DNA of 63,545 bases from Bacteroidaceae bacterium (GTDB lineage: Bacteria > Bacteroidota > Bacteroidia > Bacteroidales > Barnesiellaceae_A), in contig JAGBHF010000006.1 in the NCBI GenBank assembly GCA_017935645.1, positions 1-63,545 on the forward strand. Reading direction: 5' to 3'. The position numbers and the translations under genes were made by a program. This document shows positions 1 to 9,518 of this stretch, one piece after another; position 1 is the stretch's first letter, and every line of letters starts with the position of its first letter. Under the pieces are notes generated by a model that worked only from the letters and a program-made list of their open reading frames with translations, did not search any database and had not been told where the DNA came from.

Positions 1-133
1 TAGAAAAGAGTTATTTGAAAAGCATGAGGAATATAGTGTAACAAAACAAGTTAGCAATTTCTTATCCATTGCCCATTCTCATGCAAGTTCTTCTTAATGG
101 TTTGATACTCAAAGAATCTTAATCAAACTACAT

Positions 134-256
134 CAAATATAGTGAAAGGTGAGCGAAGAAAAACTAAGTTTACTTAAGTTTTTATGCCGAACCGCATCCT
201 ATATTCTACAAATATAGTGAAAGGTACGAGAAATAAAACGTTTACTTCGATATTTT
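134..256. repeat. Two-unit degenerate tandem repeat (period 75 bp) with internal hairpins
   Basis: CAAATATAGTGAAAGGT is identical at 134-150 and 209-225, and GTTTACTT recurs at 168-175 and 240-247. In unit 1, AATATAG can pair with CTATATT (199-205), and there is an inner AAAAACT..AGTTTTT stem. Confidence 0.7.
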
Positions 257-685
257 TTACTTCAAGGCTTGTTGGGCTATCAGGTTGGTGTAGTCGCTCC
301 ACTCTTTGTCGGGGGTGGCACCTATGCGTATGGGCAGATTGGCAAGGCGTTGCAAGAGTGGCTCGACGGTTGCCGAGAAGTCCTCGACACCTGTGGCATA
401 GAAGACATACAGTACCTGACGTGCACCGGTGTGTATGGCGGTGAGTACGGCTGTAGAACTACGCTCGAGGGCATCGGTCATGATGTTCATTACACCGTCG
501 ATTACCTCGCTTTCGGTGTCGGTGGGCATACCTTTATCGTCGCCTTTGAGTTGCCATTGTACCTCGACGCGCATGCCGTATAGAGCCGATTGACGCACGG
601 CATCGAGGTGCATGCGACAACGTACCACCACTACTCCTTTGTTGCTATCATAGGTCGTAGCAAACCATTCGTTCGATATGTGCAT
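257..685 (-). CDS. DUF695-like hypothetical protein
   Basis: 142 aa ORF with G-MP-(T)D-E and D-x-EW-x-x-Y motifs recalled for Bacteroidales DUF695; 6 bp downstream of the preceding gene. Confidence 0.65.
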   Translation of the reverse strand: MHISNEWFATTYDSNKGVVVVRCRMHLDAVRQSALYGMRVEVQWQLKGDDKGMPTDTESEVIDGVMNIMTDALERSSTAVLTAIHTGARQVLYVFYATGVEDFSATVEPLLQRLANLPIRIGATPDKEWSDYTNLIAQQALK

Positions 686-691
686 AGATGG

Positions 692-2137
692 TTACTTTTC
701 TTCTTGTTCTTCTTGTTCCTTCTCTTCGTAGAAGGGCGATGTTTGGGTAAATTGGTATGCACCCACATCGATGCGTTCGATGCGGCTTGCGCCATACATG
801 TCCATCGCTGTAGAGTCTACGGCATAGGCGGTAGCGCCCCAACCGATGGCCGATGACTCGGGCGAACCGAGGCGATAATCGTATAGGTAATTTTCGCGTT
901 CGATAAGCCAGAACATCGGTTCGCCATTCCACATCGTATGTACAAAGTTTTCATCATCACTACCTTCAACTCCGGCTATCAGGCAACTATTTAAGTATAC
1001 ATCACTTCCGGTAAAGTCACCCTCCGATAGGGGCGATGAATTGCCGGCAATCAAGCAGTTGTTGAGTGTCAGGTGTACTCCCCATTCTATTATCTCCTCG
1101 CAAGTGGGGGTGTGGATGATAGCCCCCTTTATCATGTCGTAGAAGTAGTAGTTGACAAGTGTACAGTGTGTGACATCGACAATACCCTTGTGTATGGCCA
1201 ATACCGAATACCCGGCATCCGACAATTCGCTGTTGGTAATGCGCACGCGGTTGCATGCTATATCTACCAAGTTGGCTGTTGAGTTGTGAATAATACTGTT
1301 GTGTATTGTTAGCGTTGTGCGCGACAAGTCGGTAGAGTCGCATTTAATACCCCATGTTGTACCTCGCACCATAGCATGAGTTATGCGATTGTCGAAACTG
1401 CCTTCGTGGAAACGAATGCCACCCCACTGGCCGGCCAAGTTGTCGTATGGGAGGTTGTCGAACATGCGGTCGAGGCGGTCGCCACGCAATGTTACTCGTG
1501 CCTCAGGTGTGCCCTCGGCTATCAGTTTACCATACACCTCAAGTGCTGCGCCATTGTGGAAGTATAAGGTTGCTCCCGGCTCGATGGATAGTGTGGCAGT
1601 GGGTGCAACGACGAGTGAATCGTATACGATAAAAGGTTTCTCGGCAGTAAGCAGTGTATCGCTGTTGATAGTCAATCCGCGCAAGCGTTTGGCGTCTTGT
1701 GTGCGAGCCAAGAGCTTGACATGCTGAGTAACGCCATTGGTAACAAAGACAATAGAGTCGCGTACATCTACCATGCCATTCATCCCTGTTTCGGTCATGT
1801 TGGCTATGATGTAGATAAAAATACTGTCATTGCCACGTATCTCGGTATCGGTAAAAGATGTTCCCGATAGACCGTCGACATTGATAATAAAGCCCGATGT
1901 GCCCCCCTTTCCTAACGAAATAGAACTGATGCGCAACGACTTGTCATTGCGGTTATATACCTTGAGTGTACGTGTTGAAGTACCCTCATTGGTAAATATT
2001 GTGTCGAGGTTGACCGTGTCGGCCGAAAATGTCAATACATCATTGGGCGATGTGGTGAAACTATCGTCGATGCATGCCGTAAATAAACCTGACAAGCACC
2101 ACAGCAGTATAAATATGGGTAATAATGCTCTTTTCAT
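692..2137 (-). CDS. Lipoprotein with Ig-like N-terminus and right-handed parallel beta-helix
   Basis: Hydrophobic signal peptide ending FTAC (lipobox) followed by IDD; N/S/I-rich beta-helix repeats (GQWGGIRF, IHNSIIHN); C-terminal DVGAYQF. Confidence 0.7.
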   Translation of the reverse strand: MKRALLPIFILLWCLSGLFTACIDDSFTTSPNDVLTFSADTVNLDTIFTNEGTSTRTLKVYNRNDKSLRISSISLGKGGTSGFIINVDGLSGTSFTDTEIRGNDSIFIYIIANMTETGMNGMVDVRDSIVFVTNGVTQHVKLLARTQDAKRLRGLTINSDTLLTAEKPFIVYDSLVVAPTATLSIEPGATLYFHNGAALEVYGKLIAEGTPEARVTLRGDRLDRMFDNLPYDNLAGQWGGIRFHEGSFDNRITHAMVRGTTWGIKCDSTDLSRTTLTIHNSIIHNSTANLVDIACNRVRITNSELSDAGYSVLAIHKGIVDVTHCTLVNYYFYDMIKGAIIHTPTCEEIIEWGVHLTLNNCLIAGNSSPLSEGDFTGSDVYLNSCLIAGVEGSDDENFVHTMWNGEPMFWLIERENYLYDYRLGSPESSAIGWGATAYAVDSTAMDMYGASRIERIDVGAYQFTQTSPFYEEKEQEEQEEK

Positions 2138-2299
2138 ACATTATATAAACGCACACGGGGTCGTTTTATTGTACGGCTATAGAGTGCCCGATGTGTATTG
2201 ATGATACACTTTTAGTATCTTTAAGTCTATTTACGTGCTTACAATATAAAGGGTTAGTATGTTTTTTGTATTTTTGCATCAGAAAAATCCCCAAGAGCG

Positions 2300-3436
2300 A
2301 TGAAGTACTATTTGATAGCAGGTGAAGCATCGGGCGACCTCCACGCCTCGCATTTGATGGCGGCCATATTGCGCGAAGATGCGCAGGCCGAATTTCGTTT
2401 CTATGGTGGCGACATGATGGCTGCCGTGGGCGGAACTTGCGTGCAACACTACCGCGAAATGGCATATATGGGTTTTACTGAGGTAATTGCACACCTCCGA
2501 CCGATACTCAACAACATGAAGAATTGCCAAAAGGACATTCTGCAATGGCGTCCCGATGTGCTTATTCTTATTGACTATCCGAGCTTCAACCTTAAAGTTG
2601 CCAAGTATGTCAAGCAGCAATTGGGTATCCCTGTATTTTACTACATTTCGCCTAAATTGTGGGCATGGAAGGAGTATCGCATCAAGGACATACGTCGATA
2701 TGTCGACAAGGTGTATTCGATATTACCCTTTGAGGTGGAGTTTTATCAACGTCACAACTACACCATCAACTATGTGGGCAACCCCACGGTTGACGAGTTG
2801 GCCATACGCCTCTATGCCAACGAGTCATTTGCTCAATTTACAGCTGCACAGCATTTGCCCGACAAGCCTATCATAGCCTTACTTGCAGGTAGTCGCAAGG
2901 CCGAGATACGTCGTAATCTGCCTCGTATGATCAAGGCGGCGCAAGGTTTCACCAATTATCAATTGGTAATAGCCGGAGCACCCGGTATAGATGCCGATAT
3001 GTATGAGCCTTACTTGTGCAAGGGTAGGGTAAGCGTAGTCTTTGATGCTACTTATAGATTGTTGGCTCAAAGTTCGGCCGCTGTTGTTACATCGGGTACT
3101 GCCACCCTCGAAGCTGCTCTATTACATGTACCTCAAGTGGTATGCTATGCTATGCCGGGAGGAGAGTTGGCATACAATTTCTTTAAGAATATACTCAAGA
3201 TACGTTATGTATCGTTGGTCAATCTCATTGCCGACAGAGAGGTTGTGACCGAATTGCTGGTACATCACTGCACTGCCGAGCGTATAGGCGATGAATTGAA
3301 CTATCTGTTACACGACCGTGAGGTACACAAGCGAGTTATGGAGGGATATAGCGAAGTAGCTCGCCGATTGGGAAAACCCGGAGCACCACAACGTGCGGCA
3401 CAGAGTATCGTAGAGCAATTGCGTGCGAAAAAGTAA
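2300..3436 (+). CDS. lpxB: Lipid-A-disaccharide synthase
   Basis: AGEASGDLH, IDYPSFN, ISPKLWAWK, VGNP, LLAGSRKAEI and SGTATLE motifs. Confidence 0.97.
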   Translation: MKYYLIAGEASGDLHASHLMAAILREDAQAEFRFYGGDMMAAVGGTCVQHYREMAYMGFTEVIAHLRPILNNMKNCQKDILQWRPDVLILIDYPSFNLKVAKYVKQQLGIPVFYYISPKLWAWKEYRIKDIRRYVDKVYSILPFEVEFYQRHNYTINYVGNPTVDELAIRLYANESFAQFTAAQHLPDKPIIALLAGSRKAEIRRNLPRMIKAAQGFTNYQLVIAGAPGIDADMYEPYLCKGRVSVVFDATYRLLAQSSAAVVTSGTATLEAALLHVPQVVCYAMPGGELAYNFFKNILKIRYVSLVNLIADREVVTELLVHHCTAERIGDELNYLLHDREVHKRVMEGYSEVARRLGKPGAPQRAAQSIVEQLRAKK

Positions 3437-3447
3437 AAATTTCGGGG

Positions 3448-5007
3448 TTACAATACTACAATTTTCTGTATAGTCTTGCCGGCATGAACGATATATATAC
3501 CCGAGGCTGTTTCATATCGGGTGCTTGAGTGTGCGATAAAGGTGTTCACTTCTTCACCCAATAGATTATAGATGCGCACATTGGTAGCTTCTTGCGTTAT
3601 TATCTCGATACAACCTGTTCCACCTCTTACGATGTTGTGTGTGACGGGTGATGATACCGAGTTGGGGTCGTACTCGTCAATCTCAATGCTTCGCAACAAT
3701 ATGGCATAACTATCGGCTTGGCTGTAGGCACGGAACCCTATGTAGTATATGCCGGGTATATGCACCTCAAAGGGGGCCACTATTACTGTGTCTTTAATAA
3801 AAGAGAAATTGTGTAACTTGCTTACGGTTAATGACATATCCTGTGGGTTGGGCGTAAATCCGAGCATTACACTCATCGACTCGGGGTAACTGCTCAGTCC
3901 TACGCAACAACTGTATTCTACTTGATAACGCATAGAGCCGTCGAGGTAGACCGGAGGCGCAAAAAGCCAGTCGTCGGCATTATTGAGGGCACTTGACGTG
4001 TAACGCATACAACCCCCGAAGCGCTCGTCGTGATAGTGCCATGTAACGCCATCGGCATTATTGTCGGTTATATTGAAAAAGCCCATTCCATCGGAAAAAT
4101 TGTATCTAAAAGGAAAAGGTGCGATGCCAGCTACGATGCTCTTTGTTGCCTCATAACCTGCACCTGCATGATTCCTGGCCAATACTTTATAGGTGTAATG
4201 GTCTATCGTATCGAGGGTGTCGTTGTAGGATATTACTTCGCCCGAGAGTGGGTGCTCGATAGTACCTATCAGTGCGTCGTTGCGATAAATGAGTATTTCA
4301 TCAAGTTGCTCAAGAGGTTGTGCATTGGCACTGTGCGTGGGTGCTGTGCATTGTATCGTTACCACATGAGGAGTGCGTTCGTTGCTTACCAGCGTGAGGT
4401 CCTCTATAGCGTTGGGAACAAATCCTTCGGCACTTGACACTACCGATAGGCTGTCGAGATAGAGCATGTAATGATTGGCCGGACTTGTGCAGTGTATATA
4501 TAGCCTATACAGCGCATTGGTGGCTACGGTAAATTGCACTTTATAGCAGCGACTATCTTTGCTTGTGGTTTGCTGTGATGACAGTAGGGTAATGTGTTCC
4601 GAGATGTTACGCCCGTGTACTATGCCCAACGAAAACTCCTCCTCGTACTCAGTGCTGCCGGCATGTACGTAAAATACCGCCTCGTAGCTTATGCCTGATT
4701 GTAAGGCTATAGGGTGCAGATATAGATAATCGTCGGCAGCATTGTATTTGTTATAGCGATAGCGCATGTTGGGCTTGTCTGTGGCACTCTCAAATAACTC
4801 CCATGTCGAGCCGTCACTATTGGCATCCACTATTATGATATCGTCGAGCTGTTGCTCATTCCACTCTGTTATACTATATAACAGCTCTTTGCCATTATCA
4901 TCATCGTTACTGTGTTCCTGTGCATAGATAGGTTCACTGCAAGTCATAAGCATGACAAGTATCATGCCCAATAATTGCAATGTATTGTATAACAAGCGAA
5001 CAGCCAT
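3448..5007 (-). CDS. T9SS-secreted surface protein: two cleaved-adhesin/choice-of-anchor-J-like domains, an Fn3-like domain and a C-terminal sorting domain
   Basis: Repeated D-x-N-x-DG-x-TW...ADD(Y/W)L modules; Fn3-like TAPT...IYRND...YTYKV; C-terminal RIYNLLG...GIYIV...KIVV typical of a type A CTD. Confidence 0.75.
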   Translation of the reverse strand: MAVRLLYNTLQLLGMILVMLMTCSEPIYAQEHSNDDDNGKELLYSITEWNEQQLDDIIIVDANSDGSTWELFESATDKPNMRYRYNKYNAADDYLYLHPIALQSGISYEAVFYVHAGSTEYEEEFSLGIVHGRNISEHITLLSSQQTTSKDSRCYKVQFTVATNALYRLYIHCTSPANHYMLYLDSLSVVSSAEGFVPNAIEDLTLVSNERTPHVVTIQCTAPTHSANAQPLEQLDEILIYRNDALIGTIEHPLSGEVISYNDTLDTIDHYTYKVLARNHAGAGYEATKSIVAGIAPFPFRYNFSDGMGFFNITDNNADGVTWHYHDERFGGCMRYTSSALNNADDWLFAPPVYLDGSMRYQVEYSCCVGLSSYPESMSVMLGFTPNPQDMSLTVSKLHNFSFIKDTVIVAPFEVHIPGIYYIGFRAYSQADSYAILLRSIEIDEYDPNSVSSPVTHNIVRGGTGCIEIITQEATNVRIYNLLGEEVNTFIAHSSTRYETASGIYIVHAGKTIQKIVVL

Positions 5008-5063
5008 ATCGGTCTTTATTACATGCGGGATATTGTTGTGTTTGAGGTGTTGCGATAGGGTTT

Positions 5064-6044
5064 TTATTCCACTTGGATATTCAGGTGCTTACATATCCAT
5101 TGTTGGAACAATGCCTGTTCGTCCCTTGTGGTTTCGCCAAGTGAGTTGATGCAAGCAAACAACAGCTTGTCATTCGATTGCATTTCGGCAATTTTGCGAG
5201 CCATATACCCTTTCTTGTTTGCATTGGGTTTCAAGAAACAGCACAACCCCTTTGATGAACGCACGTCTAAGAGTCCATTGCGGTAGGCATCTAAGTAAAA
5301 ACACACCAATGAACTGAACTGTGAAGGCTCGCGAAAACGGTGCTTGATATTAGAGTGCAACCATTCGGGGTTCTCGGTATAAAACTTTTCGTACCACAAA
5401 CGATTCATCGGCACAGGCCCATGAGGATGCAGAAAGAAGAAGTTGGACTTCATCATGTTGGCTGCATTGAGCATAGGGTCTTTGTGTCCGAAAGTTTTAT
5501 GATTTTGGAGTAAATGTTTGGCCCAACGCAGGAAGGCTGCCCACTGTACGTTGAACTTCTCGGCATACAGCACCGTTTTCCGGTCGTGAAACCAATCGGC
5601 CTGTTTATTATCCGACACAAGAAAGACATCGTCATTGAAATAGAGAAAATTCTCCGACAGTCCCGGTATACGCCACAGCATTTGTCCTATCGATAGCGAA
5701 TTGAATGTAGGCAGGTACTCTTCGTAACCCCTGAATATTACCGTATGGTCGATAATCTCTATAGGAATTTTGTTCTCGGGAAAGTTGCGTGCAACAAATT
5801 CATCGACGTGAGGGTCCTGGTTGTCGGTTACGATATATATCTTATGCACCCAAGGGGCATATCGCAAGATTGATGCCACACAATAAAATATTTCGCCGGT
5901 TGAACTGTATCGGGCAGCACCGGCTATATCGTCGTGGCTTGTTTCGTTCTTGCCGGTAAGAAATCTTGTTTTCTTACTCTTATGAACCGGGTCGTCACCG
6001 TCTACCCATGTAATTACTATATCGATATTATCTTGTTGCAACAT
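5064..6044 (-). CDS. Stealth family (CR1/CR2) hexose-1-phosphate transferase
   Basis: IDIVITWVDGDDP (CR1); SILRYAPWVHKIYIVT, PTFNS and IPGLSENFLYFNDD (CR2); C-terminal CIN. Confidence 0.9.
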   Translation of the reverse strand: MLQQDNIDIVITWVDGDDPVHKSKKTRFLTGKNETSHDDIAGAARYSSTGEIFYCVASILRYAPWVHKIYIVTDNQDPHVDEFVARNFPENKIPIEIIDHTVIFRGYEEYLPTFNSLSIGQMLWRIPGLSENFLYFNDDVFLVSDNKQADWFHDRKTVLYAEKFNVQWAAFLRWAKHLLQNHKTFGHKDPMLNAANMMKSNFFFLHPHGPVPMNRLWYEKFYTENPEWLHSNIKHRFREPSQFSSLVCFYLDAYRNGLLDVRSSKGLCCFLKPNANKKGYMARKIAEMQSNDKLLFACINSLGETTRDEQALFQQWICKHLNIQVE

Positions 6045-6049
6045 ATAGT

Positions 6050-6883
6050 CTATATGATATTGTGAAATCGTTCGGGAATGTGTACTATTACCACTTGCTC
6101 CAGCATAGAGGGTTTATTGAGGGCATAAATGGGGCGAAAAATGGTCTGTATCGTGCGTGCTATGGGTACAGCCTTATCCCAGCAATGTGCCTTGCGAGTA
6201 GTGCATAGTCGTATGGTCTTTGAGCGTCGCTTGAGGTGTCTTGTCCAACCATCGGCACGTCGTGAAGGGTCGGCAAAGCGTGCTTTAATCCTTTCCATAT
6301 CAAAATATCCGAAATGAAACAGATACAACCCCTTTGCAATGTGGAAATTATGGCCTTTGACGCGATGAAATCCCGATCCCCAGCGCAATGGGCGGGCTAT
6401 AACATTGGCTTTGGTGTAACGACTTGACAATCGCCCATAATGGCGTTGTGAGAGGAATGGGCGTTCACAATCTAAGTGGCCCTCCTTCTCCAAGTGTTGA
6501 CCTACGTCTACGCCAAGTCCCGAAATTGAAGTTTTGATATCAGCCTTGCTAAGAAAATCAACCAAAGGGATGCCCAACTGTGGGTCGACCACAAGGATTT
6601 CATCGGCATCGGTACCTATTACCAAGTCATAATCCTTGAATAACCCGGCAGCTTGTTGCGACAGGAAATTAATACGTCTCTTGTCGCCTTTGGCTACATT
6701 GCCCTGAAGTTTCTCGCAGACAACAACATTGGTTCCTTCGCAAAATGGAGGAACTATTTGATCGACACCGTCAAAATAGATGTAGAGATTTTCCCTTCCA
6801 AGTTCACGTCCATAATACTCTACCCATTTACGCAGATAGAATTCGTCGTTGCGAACCATTGTTATTGCACATATTCTCTTCAT
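6050..6883 (-). CDS. Glycosyltransferase family 2-like protein (Glyco_tranf_2_4 type)
   Basis: N-terminal AITMVRNDEFYL-x-x-W-x-x-YY, DxD motif TDADE, W-x-x-GFH and LFHFG. Confidence 0.8.
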   Translation of the reverse strand: MKRICAITMVRNDEFYLRKWVEYYGRELGRENLYIYFDGVDQIVPPFCEGTNVVVCEKLQGNVAKGDKRRINFLSQQAAGLFKDYDLVIGTDADEILVVDPQLGIPLVDFLSKADIKTSISGLGVDVGQHLEKEGHLDCERPFLSQRHYGRLSSRYTKANVIARPLRWGSGFHRVKGHNFHIAKGLYLFHFGYFDMERIKARFADPSRRADGWTRHLKRRSKTIRLCTTRKAHCWDKAVPIARTIQTIFRPIYALNKPSMLEQVVIVHIPERFHNII

Positions 6884-6996
6884 AAGAACAAAGATAGTAA
6901 TTCTTTCTATAGAACATTTATTTCAACTTCTTTTTTCGGCCATAATCGAGAAAAGATTTCGCTTCGTAGTCACAGTGTATCATTTTTGCCTATTCT

Positions 6997-7039
6997 AAAC
7001 AACAAACGAGGCAAAGCCCGCATCGGACTCTGCCTCGTT
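6997..7039 (-). terminator. Intrinsic terminator of pnp
   Basis: AACGAGGCA/TGCCTCGTT inverted repeat 20 bp after the pnp stop, with a U-rich tail on the minus strand. Confidence 0.7.
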
Positions 7040-7059
7040 CTTTATATAGGTCTTAGAAA

Positions 7060-9303
7060 TTAATCGTTGTTTTGACCCTCTTCGCGGTTTTCGCGACGCT
7101 CGCCACGGAATTCGCGACGATTGTTGTTGTTGCGACGGTCGCCACGGTCGTTGCGGGGCTCACGACGCTCGCGACGTTCGGGCTCAACATAACCTTCGGG
7201 GCGGGGTTGAAGGGCTTTCATCGAAAGACGGTATTTGCCGGTCTTGGGGTCGATTTCGAGCAACTTAACAGTAAGCTCGTCACCCTCTTTGATGCCTGAA
7301 GTCTCCATATTTTCGAGGCGATTCCAACCTATCTCTGAGATGTGGAGCAAACCATCCTTGCCGGGCATAAACTCAACAAAAGCACCAAATGCAAGGATTG
7401 ACTTAACCACACCTGTATAAGTCTCGCCTACCTCGGGTTGAGCTACGATAGCTTTGATGCGACGCAAAGCATCGTTGATGGCGTCACGACCGGGAGCCGA
7501 AATTTCGATGTGACCTTCGCCTTCAATCTCTTCGATAGTAACAGTAGCACCACTGGCCTCTTGGATACCTTGGATAATCTTTCCGCCCGGGCCAATAACA
7601 GCACCGATGAACTCTTTGGGAATAACCATAGTCTCGATGCGGGGAGCGTGGGGCTTGAGGTCAGCACGAGGCTCGGCAAGTGTAGCCTCAATCTTATCGA
7701 GGATGTGCATGCGACCTTCGCGAGCTTGCAACAATGCCTTCTCGAGGATTTCGTATGAAAGGCCATCTACCTTGATATCCATTTGAGTAGCAGTGATACC
7801 ATCACGAGTACCTGTTACCTTGAAGTCCATGTCGCCCAAGTGGTCCTCATCGCCGAGGATGTCAGAGAGAACGGCATACTTTGAGTTATCGGTAATCAAG
7901 CCCATAGCGATACCTGATACGGGTTTCTTAATCTTCACACCGGCATCCATCAATGCAAGAGTACCGGCACATACGGTAGCCATAGAAGACGAACCGTTTG
8001 ACTCAAGAATATCCGACACAACGCGAATACAGTAGGGATAGTCGGCAGGAATCATGCTCTTGAGAGCACGGTTAGCCAAGTTTCCGTGACCAATCTCACG
8101 ACGACCAATACCACGTACGGGTTTAGCTTCACCTGTTGAGAAGGGAGGGAAGTTATAGTGCAACAAGAAGCGGTCGTGACCTTGATTGAGAACGTCGTCG
8201 AGCAACTTCTCATCGAGTTTTGTACCCAATGTAACGGTAGAGAGTGATTGAGTCTCACCACGAGTGAACACAGCCGAACCGTGAGGGCCGGGGATGTAGT
8301 CAACCTCGCACCAGATGGGACGAATTTCAGTTGTCTTACGACCGTCAAGACGTACACCTTCATCGAGTACGCAACGACGCATAGCCTCTTTTTCTACATC
8401 GTGGTAGTAACGACGTACGAGAGCCTCTTTCTCTTCGCGCTCTTCCTCGCTCATAGCTTCGAGGTACTCCTCGCATACAGCATTGAAAGCATCCGAACGA
8501 CCATGCTTGTCGGCATTGCCTTGACGAGCAATAGCATAAGCCTTGTCGTAGCATTTGGCCTTAACATCGGCACGCAACTCTTCGTCGTTTATCTCGTGGC
8601 AATATTCGCGTTTTACAGTTGAGCCAACGGCTTCGGCCAACTCCTCTTGTACGCGGCAGTGTACCTTGATAGCCTCGTGGGCAGTCATCAAAGCCTCGAG
8701 CAAGTCTTGCTCCGAAACTTCGTTCATTTCACCCTCAACCATCATGATGTTATCGTAGGTAGCACCTACCATCAAGTCCATGTCGGCACGCTCCAACTCG
8801 GCAAATGTGGGGTTGATGCGGAACTTGCCATCAACACGAGCAACACGTACCTCTGAAATGGGGCCGTTGAAGGGGATATCAGAAACAGCAATAGCAGCCG
8901 AAGCAGCCAAGCCGGCCAATGCATCGGGAATATCTACACCGTCGGCCGAGTACATAGTGATGTTGACAAAAGTATCGGCGTGGTAGTTATCGGGGAACAA
9001 AGGACGCAATACGCGGTCAACAAGGCGAGCAGTAAGGATTTCATAATCCGAAGCGCGACCTTCACGTTTGGTAAAACCGCCGGGGAAACGTCCACATGCT
9101 GAGAATTTTTCTTTATACTCTACTTGCAAGGGCATGAAATCAACGCCCTCACCGGCCTCCTTGGCCGAACATACCGTAGCGAGCAACATTGTATTGCCCA
9201 TACGCACTTCTACGGCGCCATCGGCTTGCTTTGCAAGCTTACCGGTCTCGATGGTAATGGTTCTTCCATCACCCAAATCGATGGTCTTCTTTACGACATT
9301 CAT
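7060..9303 (-). CDS. pnp: Polyribonucleotide nucleotidyltransferase (PNPase)
   Basis: [33 protein letters not shown] and GDMDFKV motifs, plus KH and S1 domains. Confidence 0.99.
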   Translation of the reverse strand: MNVVKKTIDLGDGRTITIETGKLAKQADGAVEVRMGNTMLLATVCSAKEAGEGVDFMPLQVEYKEKFSACGRFPGGFTKREGRASDYEILTARLVDRVLRPLFPDNYHADTFVNITMYSADGVDIPDALAGLAASAAIAVSDIPFNGPISEVRVARVDGKFRINPTFAELERADMDLMVGATYDNIMMVEGEMNEVSEQDLLEALMTAHEAIKVHCRVQEELAEAVGSTVKREYCHEINDEELRADVKAKCYDKAYAIARQGNADKHGRSDAFNAVCEEYLEAMSEEEREEKEALVRRYYHDVEKEAMRRCVLDEGVRLDGRKTTEIRPIWCEVDYIPGPHGSAVFTRGETQSLSTVTLGTKLDEKLLDDVLNQGHDRFLLHYNFPPFSTGEAKPVRGIGRREIGHGNLANRALKSMIPADYPYCIRVVSDILESNGSSSMATVCAGTLALMDAGVKIKKPVSGIAMGLITDNSKYAVLSDILGDEDHLGDMDFKVTGTRDGITATQMDIKVDGLSYEILEKALLQAREGRMHILDKIEATLAEPRADLKPHAPRIETMVIPKEFIGAVIGPGGKIIQGIQEASGATVTIEEIEGEGHIEISAPGRDAINDALRRIKAIVAQPEVGETYTGVVKSILAFGAFVEFMPGKDGLLHISEIGWNRLENMETSGIKEGDELTVKLLEIDPKTGKYRLSMKALQPRPEGYVEPERRERREPRNDRGDRRNNNNRREFRGERRENREEGQNND

Positions 9304-9336
9304 AAATTCTTTATTTTCTTTCCGTTAAAAATCGTG

Positions 9337-9344
9337 CAAAGATA
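9337..9344 (-). promoter_or_regulatory. Bacteroidetes -7 promoter element for pnp
   Basis: TATCTTTG on the minus strand, 33 bp upstream of the ATG; matches the TAnnTTTG consensus. Confidence 0.65.
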
Positions 9345-9409
9345 CACAAAGGTGCGTGGAGAACAAAATAAATCCCTCTTTTTTTAATATAGGTGAGGGG
9401 TATTTTATG

Positions 9410-9451
9410 AAAAAGGTGCAAGGGAGTAGTTTTTTTAGCACTCCCTGCACC
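9410..9451 (-). terminator. Intrinsic terminator of the GH2 gene
   Basis: GGTGCA(A)GGGAGT...ACTCCCTGCACC stem followed by a U-run on the minus strand. Confidence 0.65.
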
Positions 9452-9518
9452 GGTGTTTTTACACAATGCTTTCTGTCGAGGATGGTTGTATGGGTTGTGT
9501 TATGAGGTGCGATTGGTC

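Noticed and set aside
134-256. CRISPR array interpretation of the left-edge repeat
   Set aside because: Only two units, a 17-bp exact core, partly conserved intervening sequence and no cas genes.
184-444. ORF MPNRILYSTNIVKG (86 aa)
   Set aside because: It starts inside the repeat and runs antisense through the DUF695 gene; most likely a translation of the repeat.
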